Virus record (IMG/VR): IMGVR_UViG_3300037300_000108
Coordinates: 1 to 56,272 of that record
Source: a virus
Lineage: Duplodnaviria; Caudoviricetes
Strand: one strand, 5' to 3'
Length of the DNA stretch: 56,272 bases
A model generated the notes under the pieces. That model did not search any database. It was not told the origin of the DNA and worked only from the letters and a program-made list of their open reading frames with translations. The translations under genes were made by a program, and so were the position numbers. Numbering within the stretch: position 1 is the stretch's first letter; every line of letters begins with the position of its first letter. This document shows, one piece after another, positions 48,401 to 56,272 of this stretch.

Positions 48401-49461
48401 GCAGCATCTAAATTTGCTTGATTTTTATTAGATTCGTAATTTTGAACCGCTACATCTCTAATTGATTTAAGCCTATTTTGCTCTACGACCTTTGTATTAA
48501 ATTCATCCGCAACAGTGTTATAACTATCTGCAATATTTTTTTGCGACTCTTCATTGGTGCTTAATTTATCTACGGCGTTTGTATATGCTTTGGATGAATC
48601 TTCCGATTTCTCTGCGGAAGACGTAAATGCAAAGTTTTTAACCATGTCTCCAAGAGCTTTAGAGCCAGCTTTAAGCAGGGCTGCTCGCACGACATTAGTG
48701 GGGTTCCCGCCAGTAAGCGCGGCAGTTGCAGTACCCATTAAAACGTCTGTAACAATCGCTTCTTGAGCGGGAGTCAGTTTAGCGTTTGATCCTTCAATAA
48801 TGTCTTTGACGATGCCGGATGCAGAAATAGCTCCATACACTGTAGCCGCAGCAACATCTCCACCGCCAAGGGACGCGCCAACATAACCGGCAATAGCTCC
48901 CGCTGCTGTCGGATTGGATTTTTGAAATGCAGCAAATTCAGGAATGCTTCCTAGAGCGGCAGATGTACCGGCGGAAATGCCGCCAGAGATCAGTGCCTTC
49001 AAAGGATCTTGTCCAGTTACGATTGCAACCGTAGCCCCTTGTGTGGCTCCAGCCACTGCGTTTGCAACAAGTTTTGCTGTAGCAGCAGATGTAGCTGCTG
49101 GCAAAGAAGATGCAGCGTAAGCACCCGCAGCTTGACCGGCGTAGGAGCCAACCTCCTGTACAACGTAAGCCTTGGCGGTAGCCTTTAGTACATCTCCAAG
49201 GTCTCCACCTGCAATTGCAACGTCAGCCCCCTCAATTAAGGGAATCATCCAAACGTTGCCAGTTGCATACGCTGCAATTTGAGCTAAAGTTTTTATTGGA
49301 TCATCTAAGGCCGCCTCAATAACTCCTGTAATAGTATTTACTACAGGTTCAATAATTTCATCAATAACAAAATCCGCAACATCAGCTACCGCATCAACAA
49401 CGTTGTCTAAATAATTTAATGGATTTACATCAATACCTGTTTCTTTTCTTACCCATCCCAT
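45451..49461 (-). CDS. Internal virion protein with internal repeats
   Basis: 1336 aa; Gly/Ala hydrophobic N-terminus, coiled coils, 69-aa and 40-aa repeats. Confidence 0.65.
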   Translation of the reverse strand: MGWVRKETGIDVNPLNYLDNVVDAVADVADFVIDEIIEPVVNTITGVIEAALDDPIKTLAQIAAYATGNVWMIPLIEGADVAIAGGDLGDVLKATAKAYVVQEVGSYAGQAAGAYAASSLPAATSAATAKLVANAVAGATQGATVAIVTGQDPLKALISGGISAGTSAALGSIPEFAAFQKSNPTAAGAIAGYVGASLGGGDVAAATVYGAISASGIVKDIIEGSNAKLTPAQEAIVTDVLMGTATAALTGGNPTNVVRAALLKAGSKALGDMVKNFAFTSSAEKSEDSSKAYTNAVDKLSTNEESQKNIADSYNTVADEFNTKVVEQNRLKSIRDVAVQNYESNKNQANLDAANAATKTYNDFATNLIKENSETYQPQMDEYKNQLGELQDAHETLIDEYTSAAEEFKGSVDNLSGSIKPIIDTSNRAFVEAMNPGFKADEYAKINNLPEGSDPYEHFLSVGQFDGASISYAAADSKLSTQRSVADQEAFKSTQAKAVATVYDEYIKNGYSQSQIDYLMDTGLSTVDVNNVLSSQKSNVDQLRDYASYVAGEKGTDSAEYKEAYKDALSAMADYGRYGVVKEEDGFATIQSGKIDPDTLFPVYRPWGPAYDPVTGAFRVYLSGYNTIDPVTGLLIPGGGGQERMSERDISALFALGQSANPPTTGGGSVFGDGTGASSGFFSGLQLVAKDSGSGGTLYDGGNGFAFLVYSDGTGRVVNKETNEVIWVDLPKTQVILTESLENPQTDSNSVKSNLNSNLEASIQIAIADAKAMGMQGDAALESAIATVAAEAGSTKTELLSQIGKTESQLREDFSVEINSVKSNVADTKAAIEAAIAEAKEAGLQGDFALKAAIDAIAAEQGVSSTSLLNNLSTTEAALKAEFAAGLSGVSEDVANTRTALENAIKAAKEIGLQGDAALKAAIDSVAADQQTSAANLLTSLGTTEAALKAEFAAGLSGVSEDVQAKYDALTAEQKALAEQLRQQGVDFGSAIEQAQAQTQQQIEGLSADVQAQYDALTTEQKALATSLAQQGVDLNDAIAQAQAQTQEQIEGVSADVQAKYDALNQGQKDLADALTQQGIDFKSAIDLAQTQTQQQISDFGAEVNQRVDQLMQQGQTYQQATQQAIAEVNTQNQQLQETIGTKGRGANQSDIDLMLGMISDPSKTNLAYDVTGDQQITSDDVDFLRGVISGGQTWSPPASSAWSPTGMFLGQEEAENRANKSIAQERAAAIARQKESDRKFQLGQVRGQAQAQVQRISDQLPAAYQAAQTEYTPIYGGAMQEFDFGSPLDVNFFGTRKEKQTNQNNQQPIKIAAGGYIDDLLAGDMTVDELLKLLR

Positions 49462-49964
49462 TATTTTTCCCCTTTATTGGCGGATTCCCGTTGCAAGTAA
49501 AGTTCAAGGCTTCCTATATCTAATGTAAGAACGTATTTTCCCAAATCTGGATTATCTGTTTTTTCAAGCTCTACATAGTCTTTGCCAACTAATTTGGAAA
49601 CCATGCGATAGGCGCGTTTGTCTTCTGTATACGTAAAAGCAGTTTGCGTACCTTTGGATTTATTTAGTCCAAGAAAAAACATTAGCATAAGAGATTGATA
49701 AACCTCGGAAGGATCTGCGGTAAAAGTGTGGAACTCTACTTCCTCATAGTCATCATCGGGGGTAATTAAGATAATCGTATTGCGGAGTCTAAAAACATCA
49801 CCCCCCGAATCTACATGACTTTTAATCATTAGCTTCACGGAAACAAAAGACACATCCGTTTTTTTGTAGTTCCGTTCCCAAAAAGTCCGCACTATCTCCT
49901 CAGCAGTCAAGTTACCCTTGATGGCCGGATTTTCTTTATTGTCAGCGTACTTTTGCAATTTCAT
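49461..49964 (-). CDS. Hypothetical protein, possibly GNAT-like
   Basis: 167 aa between tail and ejection genes, where podoviruses often carry a GNAT-fold protein. Confidence 0.5.
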   Translation of the reverse strand: MKLQKYADNKENPAIKGNLTAEEIVRTFWERNYKKTDVSFVSVKLMIKSHVDSGGDVFRLRNTIILITPDDDYEEVEFHTFTADPSEVYQSLMLMFFLGLNKSKGTQTAFTYTEDKRAYRMVSKLVGKDYVELEKTDNPDLGKYVLTLDIGSLELYLQRESANKGEK

Positions 49965-50680
49965 ATAAACCTTGCTATCAGGGCGCTATCATCAATATTG
50001 TCCGGATGAAATTTAGGGTTAGCAAGTAGACGAGAAAGCCCTACTGCGCGGCAAGACCTCCACAAGCACCACATCACACCGCCTAATACCCGAGGTGTTG
50101 GGAATATCCGATCTTGGCGTAGTTTATCAGTGGTGTACGCGATAAGAAAACGCAGGACGTACAATAGATTGCCTCTCGCAAGTCGTTTCAAATCCTTCCT
50201 GGTGTAGCCGAGAGCGTCCCATAAATCAAGCGCAAGGCTTTTATGTTGCAATTCTTCGACCGCGTGCCAGCGATACATGGCAAATTCGCGTCCGGTATGG
50301 TCTCCGTACACTGAAAGTAAGTGACGGGAAAGACCCGACGCAATGTGTTCAATAGAAACCATGGACGCCAGCCAGATCCGCATCTTGGGGCGGCGTAGCA
50401 CCAGCTTAATTTTTTCAAACTCTTTGTCTTCTAGGTCTGTTATACCTACGCGGGCATTGTGCGAGTGGTGGGCTTTACCGTGAGCGGTTTCCTGCGCAAT
50501 GAACTCATCCATTCGGCTCAACAACGCCGGATCGTGAATATCTTCCTTATAGGCCGCTACGATTTTTGCAAACGCCAACTCCCACGGAGGAAACAGCACG
50601 CTCATGGCGTCACAAAAGTGTGTCCGCACCGGGCACCCGTCAAACCAATAATTTTTAGACATCATGCAACCAACTTCCAA
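49961..50680 (-). CDS. Predicted metal-dependent hydrolase (ferritin-like, PF10118-type)
   Basis: SVLFPPWE..F...FIAQETAH...H...IEH...WHAVEELQHKSLALD. Confidence 0.8.
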   Translation of the reverse strand: MEVGCMMSKNYWFDGCPVRTHFCDAMSVLFPPWELAFAKIVAAYKEDIHDPALLSRMDEFIAQETAHGKAHHSHNARVGITDLEDKEFEKIKLVLRRPKMRIWLASMVSIEHIASGLSRHLLSVYGDHTGREFAMYRWHAVEELQHKSLALDLWDALGYTRKDLKRLARGNLLYVLRFLIAYTTDKLRQDRIFPTPRVLGGVMWCLWRSCRAVGLSRLLANPKFHPDNIDDSALIARFI

Positions 50681-50973
50681 GAAAAGCTACCACCCGCATC
50701 CTTGGTGCAAACATAGACCTCATCGGCAACACCCGCACCATTGTCAAGGTATACAAAAATGCCCTTGTTCCCAGCAGACGCCACTGGCAATACTGCCACT
50801 TGCTGAGTGACTTGCCCTTGAAGTGTTGTAACAGAAATTGCTATGGTATTAACTAATGCAATAAGTCGGTTGTAAAAAATTCGACCGATATTGTTAAGCT
50901 GATCCTGATACGGACGGCTATACTCGTCCGTTGCAAACGGAAGAGCTGGTGGGTCAATTGGGTTAAACGCCAC
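50662..50973 (-). CDS. Tail accessory protein
   Basis: PPALP.A..EY...YQDQLNN..RIFYN. Confidence 0.6.
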   Translation of the reverse strand: MAFNPIDPPALPFATDEYSRPYQDQLNNIGRIFYNRLIALVNTIAISVTTLQGQVTQQVAVLPVASAGNKGIFVYLDNGAGVADEVYVCTKDAGGSFSWKLVA

Positions 50974-50976
50974 GGC

Positions 50977-53079
50977 CTAGCGCCTCCCGTCAGGACGCAT
51001 ATCGATTCTAGGCGATCCAAGCTGCCACGTCACGCCTAAGTCAGTGGATTCAATCTTAATTGCCATTTGACGCCCCCTTACTCTGGTAAAAATTTCGCCG
51101 GTAAATTGCTCCACTGGCAGTACTGCCACTCGCGCAATTTCCGCTGAACTGTTTGTTGCCACTGAGTGATCGGCATTGACCGCTGTATTGACGCTGTAAC
51201 CCGAGCCTGAATTTTTCAATGGCAGCAAATACATCGTTATGGAAGGGGATTCGGCGGTTGAGTTGGCAAACGTAATGTCTGGAAGAACGCGCCACACAAA
51301 CATAAAGTTATGGCCGTCATCTAGGTCAAATTCAGCGGATGTGATAAATGCAGATATTGGCAAAGGTTCGCCATTTTCGTTATTATCTACGCCGTCCTCG
51401 TGTCCAACAATGTTTCTGCTGTAGGTGGCGGCAATTGGGAAGTTTCCTAGGCCGGAGTCTAGCCACGCCGTCCTGCCCAAATTTCCGTAGTACCAAACAT
51501 TTTCTACGTAGTTATAAATTACGTAACGATCAATCACAATAGAGTCTTTTGAGCAGTAGAACCACCAAACTTCATTAAACCCCTCACTTGTCCCTGAAAA
51601 AATTTGCGTGTACTGATCTGTGTTTATGTCTTGAAAAACATATCGGCGCAAATCACTTGGAAGGGTTTGACTTCTACCGTCGTATTTATAAAATTTGTCT
51701 TTGCCCATCCAGTAGGCAACTCCGTTTGCATAAGCAACTGAGTTTTGTGAAACGATAGAAATGTTTTCACCCACAATCTGCGCCGACCAAACAATTGGCG
51801 CACCCACGTACTGCAAAGAATACAGCGCGGCATCCGTCCAAACTAGAACCTCTTGACGAGACTGTATGGAAGTAACAATCTCCGAACCTCTGGATAGGCG
51901 TAAAAATCCAGCTTGATTTGTAGACGCCGGAGTCCAGTTAAATGGATTTTCCTGATCTGACCAGCGGATCAACATTGGATCAAAAATTAATCCACCAAAT
52001 TCAGTGGCACCCATTGCGAAGACGAATCGGCTTATATCAGATACAAAAATTTGATTTTGTAGATTGGGAACATCTAATGCGCCCGGATAGTCGCTGAGCA
52101 GATTGGCATTACCTGCTACAAACATTAGTCCAGATCCTGCATCTGATGTATTAATTAACGCACCAGATGGCGTTGCTGAAATGTTAAACGTAGAGCCTGA
52201 AACGTTTCTTGTGTAGTACAGTTTTCCGGGTTCAATTCCAGATGGTAGTACTCCATCCGTATCCGGAAAAAAACGTATCGGCGCACCTTCATAGTAGCCC
52301 GCACCAAAAGTAATGACGGTAGGGCTTGCAACGGTCGCAGTAAACGAAATAGATCCAAACCCAGATGAAGCATCCCAGTAAAAAATTTCTCCGTATCTGT
52401 GTCCAAAAATTAAATCTTCGCCAAAGTTACTTTGGCTCCAAATCCTCAAAGACTCCAGCGAAGTCTGCCCAAATCCCCACAAGCCAGCACCCCAAGATCC
52501 AGCGCCCCATCCGTTTAAGGGTGCAGCAGATTCTGGGCCGACATTAATTTGATATACGGCATACACGGTTCCGCCGCCGGTAGCGTCAGATGTTGCGCTT
52601 GTTTCGGTAAAAATCTTGTAGGTGGAGCTTGAGATAACTTCAATTTTAAAGCTACCGGAGATTGTCAGTCCGCCGACTGCGGTTGCCCCAAAAAATTGAA
52701 CAAAGTCGCCAGTTATGTAGCCGCCAGAAGTATCTGTTACAACCACCTCATTAGATCCGGAAAATGTTTCAAACGGATTGGTTAGCGTGACCTGAGAACG
52801 AATTGGTGTAATGTCGTTGTAAACGCCACCAACTTCAAGATAAAACTTTTCACTTGTGCCAACACCAACAATATTGATGGAGTCTAGTGTTATCCAATTC
52901 CAGAGCGAACGGCAAATACCAAGAAATATGCTGCTTGAAATTCTTCTCCAACCGCCAATTTTTTCTGGATTACCTTGCCGAAAACGAATTTTGTCGCACT
53001 CATACCAGCCTCCTTCATTGGTATATTTTGTGTTTTCTCGATTTAATCCTGACTTTAATTGCAGCTTCTTTAGTGGCAT
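50977..53079 (-). CDS. Tail stabilization / nozzle protein (P22 gp10-like position)
   Basis: 700 aa; RFRQGNPEKIGGW, IRWSDQE, C-terminal RIDMRPDGRR. Confidence 0.7.
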   Translation of the reverse strand: MPLKKLQLKSGLNRENTKYTNEGGWYECDKIRFRQGNPEKIGGWRRISSSIFLGICRSLWNWITLDSINIVGVGTSEKFYLEVGGVYNDITPIRSQVTLTNPFETFSGSNEVVVTDTSGGYITGDFVQFFGATAVGGLTISGSFKIEVISSSTYKIFTETSATSDATGGGTVYAVYQINVGPESAAPLNGWGAGSWGAGLWGFGQTSLESLRIWSQSNFGEDLIFGHRYGEIFYWDASSGFGSISFTATVASPTVITFGAGYYEGAPIRFFPDTDGVLPSGIEPGKLYYTRNVSGSTFNISATPSGALINTSDAGSGLMFVAGNANLLSDYPGALDVPNLQNQIFVSDISRFVFAMGATEFGGLIFDPMLIRWSDQENPFNWTPASTNQAGFLRLSRGSEIVTSIQSRQEVLVWTDAALYSLQYVGAPIVWSAQIVGENISIVSQNSVAYANGVAYWMGKDKFYKYDGRSQTLPSDLRRYVFQDINTDQYTQIFSGTSEGFNEVWWFYCSKDSIVIDRYVIYNYVENVWYYGNLGRTAWLDSGLGNFPIAATYSRNIVGHEDGVDNNENGEPLPISAFITSAEFDLDDGHNFMFVWRVLPDITFANSTAESPSITMYLLPLKNSGSGYSVNTAVNADHSVATNSSAEIARVAVLPVEQFTGEIFTRVRGRQMAIKIESTDLGVTWQLGSPRIDMRPDGRR

Positions 53080-53088
53080 GGCGAATCC

Positions 53089-53601
53089 TTACGCGGTCAT
53101 TTTGGCGGATTGCGCCGTTACCTCCGCAACGCGGCGATCCCAACCCTTGCCGAAGGTGTCCCAAGTAGCTAGGTTTTTGAGGAACGCCATCCGGGTGGCT
53201 TGATATGTAGCAACAAGATCAACGACGCTGTGACCCACAACAGCGCGAAGCGTAGCAGGGCCGACTATACCATCTGGCACTGATCCGGCAGCGCTTTGCA
53301 GCCACTTCGCTGCACGGCTTGGGCCTGAGTTAACCGCAGCGTCAAAGACCACGTAATCAAGTCCTGCGGGCAAGTCGTCGCCTTTAATCTTGTCCCAGTA
53401 CATCTGCTTGTACATTGGTCCGATCAGCTCCGGCGTAAGCGCCCGCATTTCGTCTTCATCAACTTCGCGTCTAATCCAGTTTTCCCAGACACGTTTTGTA
53501 ACTCCGAGGTTCGTCATGCCGCCCGGGTCTTTTGGGTGATTGACAAAACCACCTTCATGCTGAAGTACAGACTCAAGCGCCGCGTCAAAGTTAATTCTCA
53601 T
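53089..53601 (-). CDS. Endolysin, glycoside hydrolase family 108 with PG-binding domain
   Basis: HEGGFVNHPKDPGGMTNLGVT...FDAAVNSG...DGIVGPAT...FGKGW. Confidence 0.92.
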   Translation of the reverse strand: MRINFDAALESVLQHEGGFVNHPKDPGGMTNLGVTKRVWENWIRREVDEDEMRALTPELIGPMYKQMYWDKIKGDDLPAGLDYVVFDAAVNSGPSRAAKWLQSAAGSVPDGIVGPATLRAVVGHSVVDLVATYQATRMAFLKNLATWDTFGKGWDRRVAEVTAQSAKMTA

Positions 53602-54008
53602 TTTTTAGCCTTCATGTCCATGATTTTTTCTAGGGTTCTGCCGCCAAAATAAAACGACATGACCAGCATACCCCACTGGCCCAGCAGCGTAACGTAGGCT
53701 TCTTTGGCATCGTAGCCGTAAGCCGACATCATGGCGAACACAAAGTAACCGATAAAAATGGCAATCAGCGTCATGGGCCGGATGTTCTTGGACAACCACG
53801 AGTCGCTATTCATGTCGGCCTCCATGCGGCTGGTAAGGTTGCCCTGCTCCGTCTTGTAGAGGTCAGTCTCGTTAGCCATTTTTGCCAGCTCGCCGTCCTG
53901 CGCCATCTTGGCCAGCTCCAACTGCGCAACCGCCTTGGCTTGTGGGTCGGGGATAAGTTTTTCAATCAGCTTGCTGCCGATACCGAGGAGTTCTGCTAGT
54001 GGAAACAT
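53598..54008 (-). CDS. Holin (3TM, gene-transfer-release type)
   Basis: IEKLIPDP...SWLSKNIRP...SFYFGGR; adjacent to the endolysin. Confidence 0.8.
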   Translation of the reverse strand: MFPLAELLGIGSKLIEKLIPDPQAKAVAQLELAKMAQDGELAKMANETDLYKTEQGNLTSRMEADMNSDSWLSKNIRPMTLIAIFIGYFVFAMMSAYGYDAKEAYVTLLGQWGMLVMSFYFGGRTLEKIMDMKAKK

Positions 54009-54020
54009 GGTCAACCCTTT

Positions 54021-54500
54021 TTAACATTTACCGCCGCACTGCTGGAGAGCTTCGTACACAAGCCAGCCAACCCCACCAAGCAAAGCAACAAACACAAGCA
54101 AGATCAAGCCGATGTTGGTGATCTCGTCAATTTCTTGTTTACGCCTTAGCTCGACCGCTTTGCGCTTGCCTTCAGCAATGGCGTGGTCACGCTCAATCTG
54201 GGCTGTTCTGGCAATAATATTTTTCCACACGTCCATTTTGTTTGACTGGAAGAAAAGCATTTTTACTTCTTCTTCAAACACTTTGGCCTGCTCAATCGCC
54301 ATCTCAAGCTCAATGGCTTGACCTTTGGCAGAGCCAGAAAAACCACCCTTCTTCACCACCGCAATGGCGTCGGCCTTTGCCGAGAAGTATTTACCCAGCA
54401 CCGGCCCCAAGCTCTCAACGTCTTGCACCACCGAGATGGTTTTTTTGACTAGCTTGACCGCAGTAGATACCGCAGCAAGGGCTGTGAAGGGGTCGATCAT
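54021..54500 (-). CDS. Membrane-anchored coiled-coil protein
   Basis: MIDPFTALAA...; C-terminal TM helix. Confidence 0.7.
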   Translation of the reverse strand: MIDPFTALAAVSTAVKLVKKTISVVQDVESLGPVLGKYFSAKADAIAVVKKGGFSGSAKGQAIELEMAIEQAKVFEEEVKMLFFQSNKMDVWKNIIARTAQIERDHAIAEGKRKAVELRRKQEIDEITNIGLILLVFVALLGGVGWLVYEALQQCGGKC

Positions 54501-54506
54501 TTGTAG

Positions 54507-54557
54507 CTACGTTGTCAGCTTGTTGCCGATACCAAGAAGTGCAGTAAGTGGAAACAT
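54507..54557 (-). pseudogene. Truncated duplicate of the holin 5' end
   Basis: MFPLTALLGIGNKLTT* versus holin MFPLAELLGIGSKLIE. Confidence 0.6.
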
Positions 54558-54593
54558 ACAGGCTCGCTTTAAATGTGACTAACGTCGTATTGA

Positions 54594-54800
54594 TTAAGCC
54601 GTCTTGTCCGCCAGCGCAACTGTTGTCACCTCACGCAGCGCCAGCATAATTACCGGCCAAAGCATGATGGTGTACTGGCGATACTGCACAGGCAGGAGCG
54701 TACTCAAGAAACCTGAGTTAACTTCAACCACCGTCAGCAGAGCGCCGATGAGCGCCACCCAATAAGTCTTGGACTTGAGCCGCTGGATTAGCATGTTCAT
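54594..54800 (-). CDS. Small 2-TM protein (holin-like)
   Basis: LKSKTYW...LRE.TT..L. Confidence 0.65.
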   Translation of the reverse strand: MNMLIQRLKSKTYWVALIGALLTVVEVNSGFLSTLLPVQYRQYTIMLWPVIMLALREVTTVALADKTA

Positions 54801-54805
54801 ATTGG

Positions 54806-55072
54806 TTACGCCTGTTCAGGCGCTTCAACGGCGCTTTGCAAGGGTGTCAGGTCTTCCGTTGTCCAATAATCCTTAGCTAGCATCAATACCAAATGCTCTT
54901 GGTTGCGTGCCAATGTGTCTGCCTCTTCGGAATTCAAAGCAGGCTTTGCTTTTAGCGCGTTAATCAGGTTCACACTGTCCATAGCGGAAGAGTAGTGCTT
55001 TGCGATTTGCTCAGGTGTAGTTTCGATAACGTAGTGCTCATCGATTTGCTCAGGGGTAGTTTCAATAATCAT
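54806..55072 (-). CDS. Tail-fibre-associated protein
   Basis: Directly after the fibre gene; HYSSAMDSVNLIN...RNQEHL..ML.KDYWT.EDLTPL. Confidence 0.65.
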   Translation of the reverse strand: MIIETTPEQIDEHYVIETTPEQIAKHYSSAMDSVNLINALKAKPALNSEEADTLARNQEHLVLMLAKDYWTTEDLTPLQSAVEAPEQA

Positions 55073-56272
55073 GGGTTACTTTCAAGTGCCGTTAGGCGGG
55101 TTGTGAGTGATTCGATCAGGGCTTGTTGCTCTTGAATGGCTTTGACAAGCACTGGGATTAAAGCGGTGTCAATCATCCGCAGTTTGTCTGCATCTTCGTT
55201 ATCCACAATGACAGGGTTAGCACCTTCTAGCTCTAGCACGTCTTGGGCTTTAAAGCCGTAACGCACCCCGCCGTTGGTTTCTTCCGAGTCCCGTGCGGTG
55301 CGGAATTGATACGCTGTAGGTTGCAACGCTTTGACAAACTCAAGGCCGTGCGGTACAGGTGCAAAGTTGGTCTTGTCACGAGCGTCTGATACAACAGTCC
55401 AAGCCACTTGAATGTAGGCGTTGGTAACTCCAGTTGACCCCATGCAAAAGCGATTGTTTTCGGTAGTTGGATCAAAGACAGGGGCGTAGGAACCCGCTGG
55501 ATTAAACGGATTGATTGCTGTGTTTCCGCTGCCCGTGGTGTTTTCGCGGAGTGCGCCCTGCCCGCTGGCTGTGTTTTGAGTGCCTGTGGTGTTGCTGAGG
55601 AGTGCGTTCTGCCCGGTGGCTGTGTTTGCGCTGCCCGTGGTGTTGTTGCGGAGTGCTTGATACCCGCTGGCTGTGTTGTTGTTGCCTGTGGTGTTTGAAT
55701 TCAAAGCACCCGAACCCAATGCGGTGTTCGACGATATAGCCCCAGCACCTTTGCCTACTGTTAAGCCTGACAGGGTTGCGTCGGTTGTGGAAGAGATAGC
55801 TCCGGTTACTGCTAGGACGCCGCCAACAGTTGTGATCCCCCCTTGAGGTTGTATTGCTAGGGGCTTCTGTGTAACCCCTCCGTGGACTACACCTATATAT
55901 CCTGTATCAGTAGCGTTGTTATACCCAATGTACAGTCTTTTTGATTGAGTGGTAGCAGAGCGCACCTGCAACGCTCCAGCCTCTCCAGTACTAGCATTAT
56001 TACTTTCAATAGTCAGCGCGGCGGCTGTGACACTGGTCGTGCCAAAGGCGGACGCAGCACTAGCTGTGATAGCTCCGGTTACTGCTAGCGCCCCTGAGTT
56101 CACAGCAGCCAGCGTAGATGTGCCTGATGCCGACAGCGTAGTGAATGCACCAGCCGCAGGTGTACTCGCGCCGACAGTGCCGTTGATATTTATCGAGGCT
56201 GTACCTGTCAAGTTCGTGACTATACCGCTGCTGGGGGTTCCTAGGGCTGGGGTTACTAGGGTTGGGCTTGTG
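55069..56272 (-). CDS. Tail fibre, 3' part, with peptidase S74 intramolecular chaperone
   Basis: 17-aa NTAxG..AL..NTTG repeats; SDARDKTN...GFKAQ...LVKAIQEQQ. Confidence 0.88.
   Translation of the reverse strand, partial: TSPTLVTPALGTPSSGIVTNLTGTASININGTVGASTPAAGAFTTLSASGTSTLAAVNSGALAVTGAITASAASAFGTTSVTAAALTIESNNASTGEAGALQVRSATTQSKRLYIGYNNATDTGYIGVVHGGVTQKPLAIQPQGGITTVGGVLAVTGAISSTTDATLSGLTVGKGAGAISSNTALGSGALNSNTTGNNNTASGYQALRNNTTGSANTATGQNALLSNTTGTQNTASGQGALRENTTGSGNTAINPFNPAGSYAPVFDPTTENNRFCMGSTGVTNAYIQVAWTVVSDARDKTNFAPVPHGLEFVKALQPTAYQFRTARDSEETNGGVRYGFKAQDVLELEGANPVIVDNEDADKLRMIDTALIPVLVKAIQEQQALIESLTTRLTALESNP
56105..56272. repeat. Terminal direct repeat / circular overlap, right copy
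   Basis: Matches 1-168. Confidence 0.95.

Noticed and set aside
55069-56272. Diversity-generating retroelement acting on the tail fibre
   Set aside because: No reverse transcriptase gene, and the end mismatches are synonymous rather than an adenine-specific TR/VR pattern
1-56272. Stop-codon reassignment or tRNA genes
   Set aside because: Long genes are intact under the standard code, all three stops are used, and no tRNA cloverleaf with a T-loop was seen

Overview
Essentially complete circular or terminally redundant genome (unit length about 56.1 kb) of a tailed dsDNA phage with podovirus-like architecture. A Proteobacterial, possibly Betaproteobacterial, host is inferred, not shown. Positions 1-168 repeat 56105-56272 with 3 synonymous mismatches, and the junction falls inside a tail-fibre gene. 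The minus strand (18492 down to 1, continuing 56272 down to 34933) carries the virion module: TerS, TerL with an Ala-initiated class-3-type LAGLIDADG intein, portal, GroES, scaffold, Mu gpT-like major capsid, a glycosyltransferase, a block of small Lys/Gly/Met-rich proteins, adaptor and tail proteins, tail fibre with S74 chaperone, holins, GH108 endolysin, and four ejection proteins including a 2251-aa polyvalent protein. The plus strand (18828-34878) carries early and replication genes: RadC, a Csx20-like candidate ring nuclease, ParB-like protein, SF2 helicase, Toprim primase, PD-(D/E)XK nuclease, Sak-like annealase, SSB and a MazG-like protein. No integrase, CI-like repressor, DNA polymerase, RNA polymerase, tRNA or CRISPR array was recognised. 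The most unusual signals are: (i) a non-coding control block at about 22750-23460 with a candidate antisense sRNA complementary to early-gene leaders, a c4-like RNA and a larger structured RNA; (ii) a recurrent hydrophobic-[A/K]-x-G-G motif shared by small basic proteins and ejection proteins; (iii) the Csx20-like gene. All product calls come from motif recognition by eye, with no database search.
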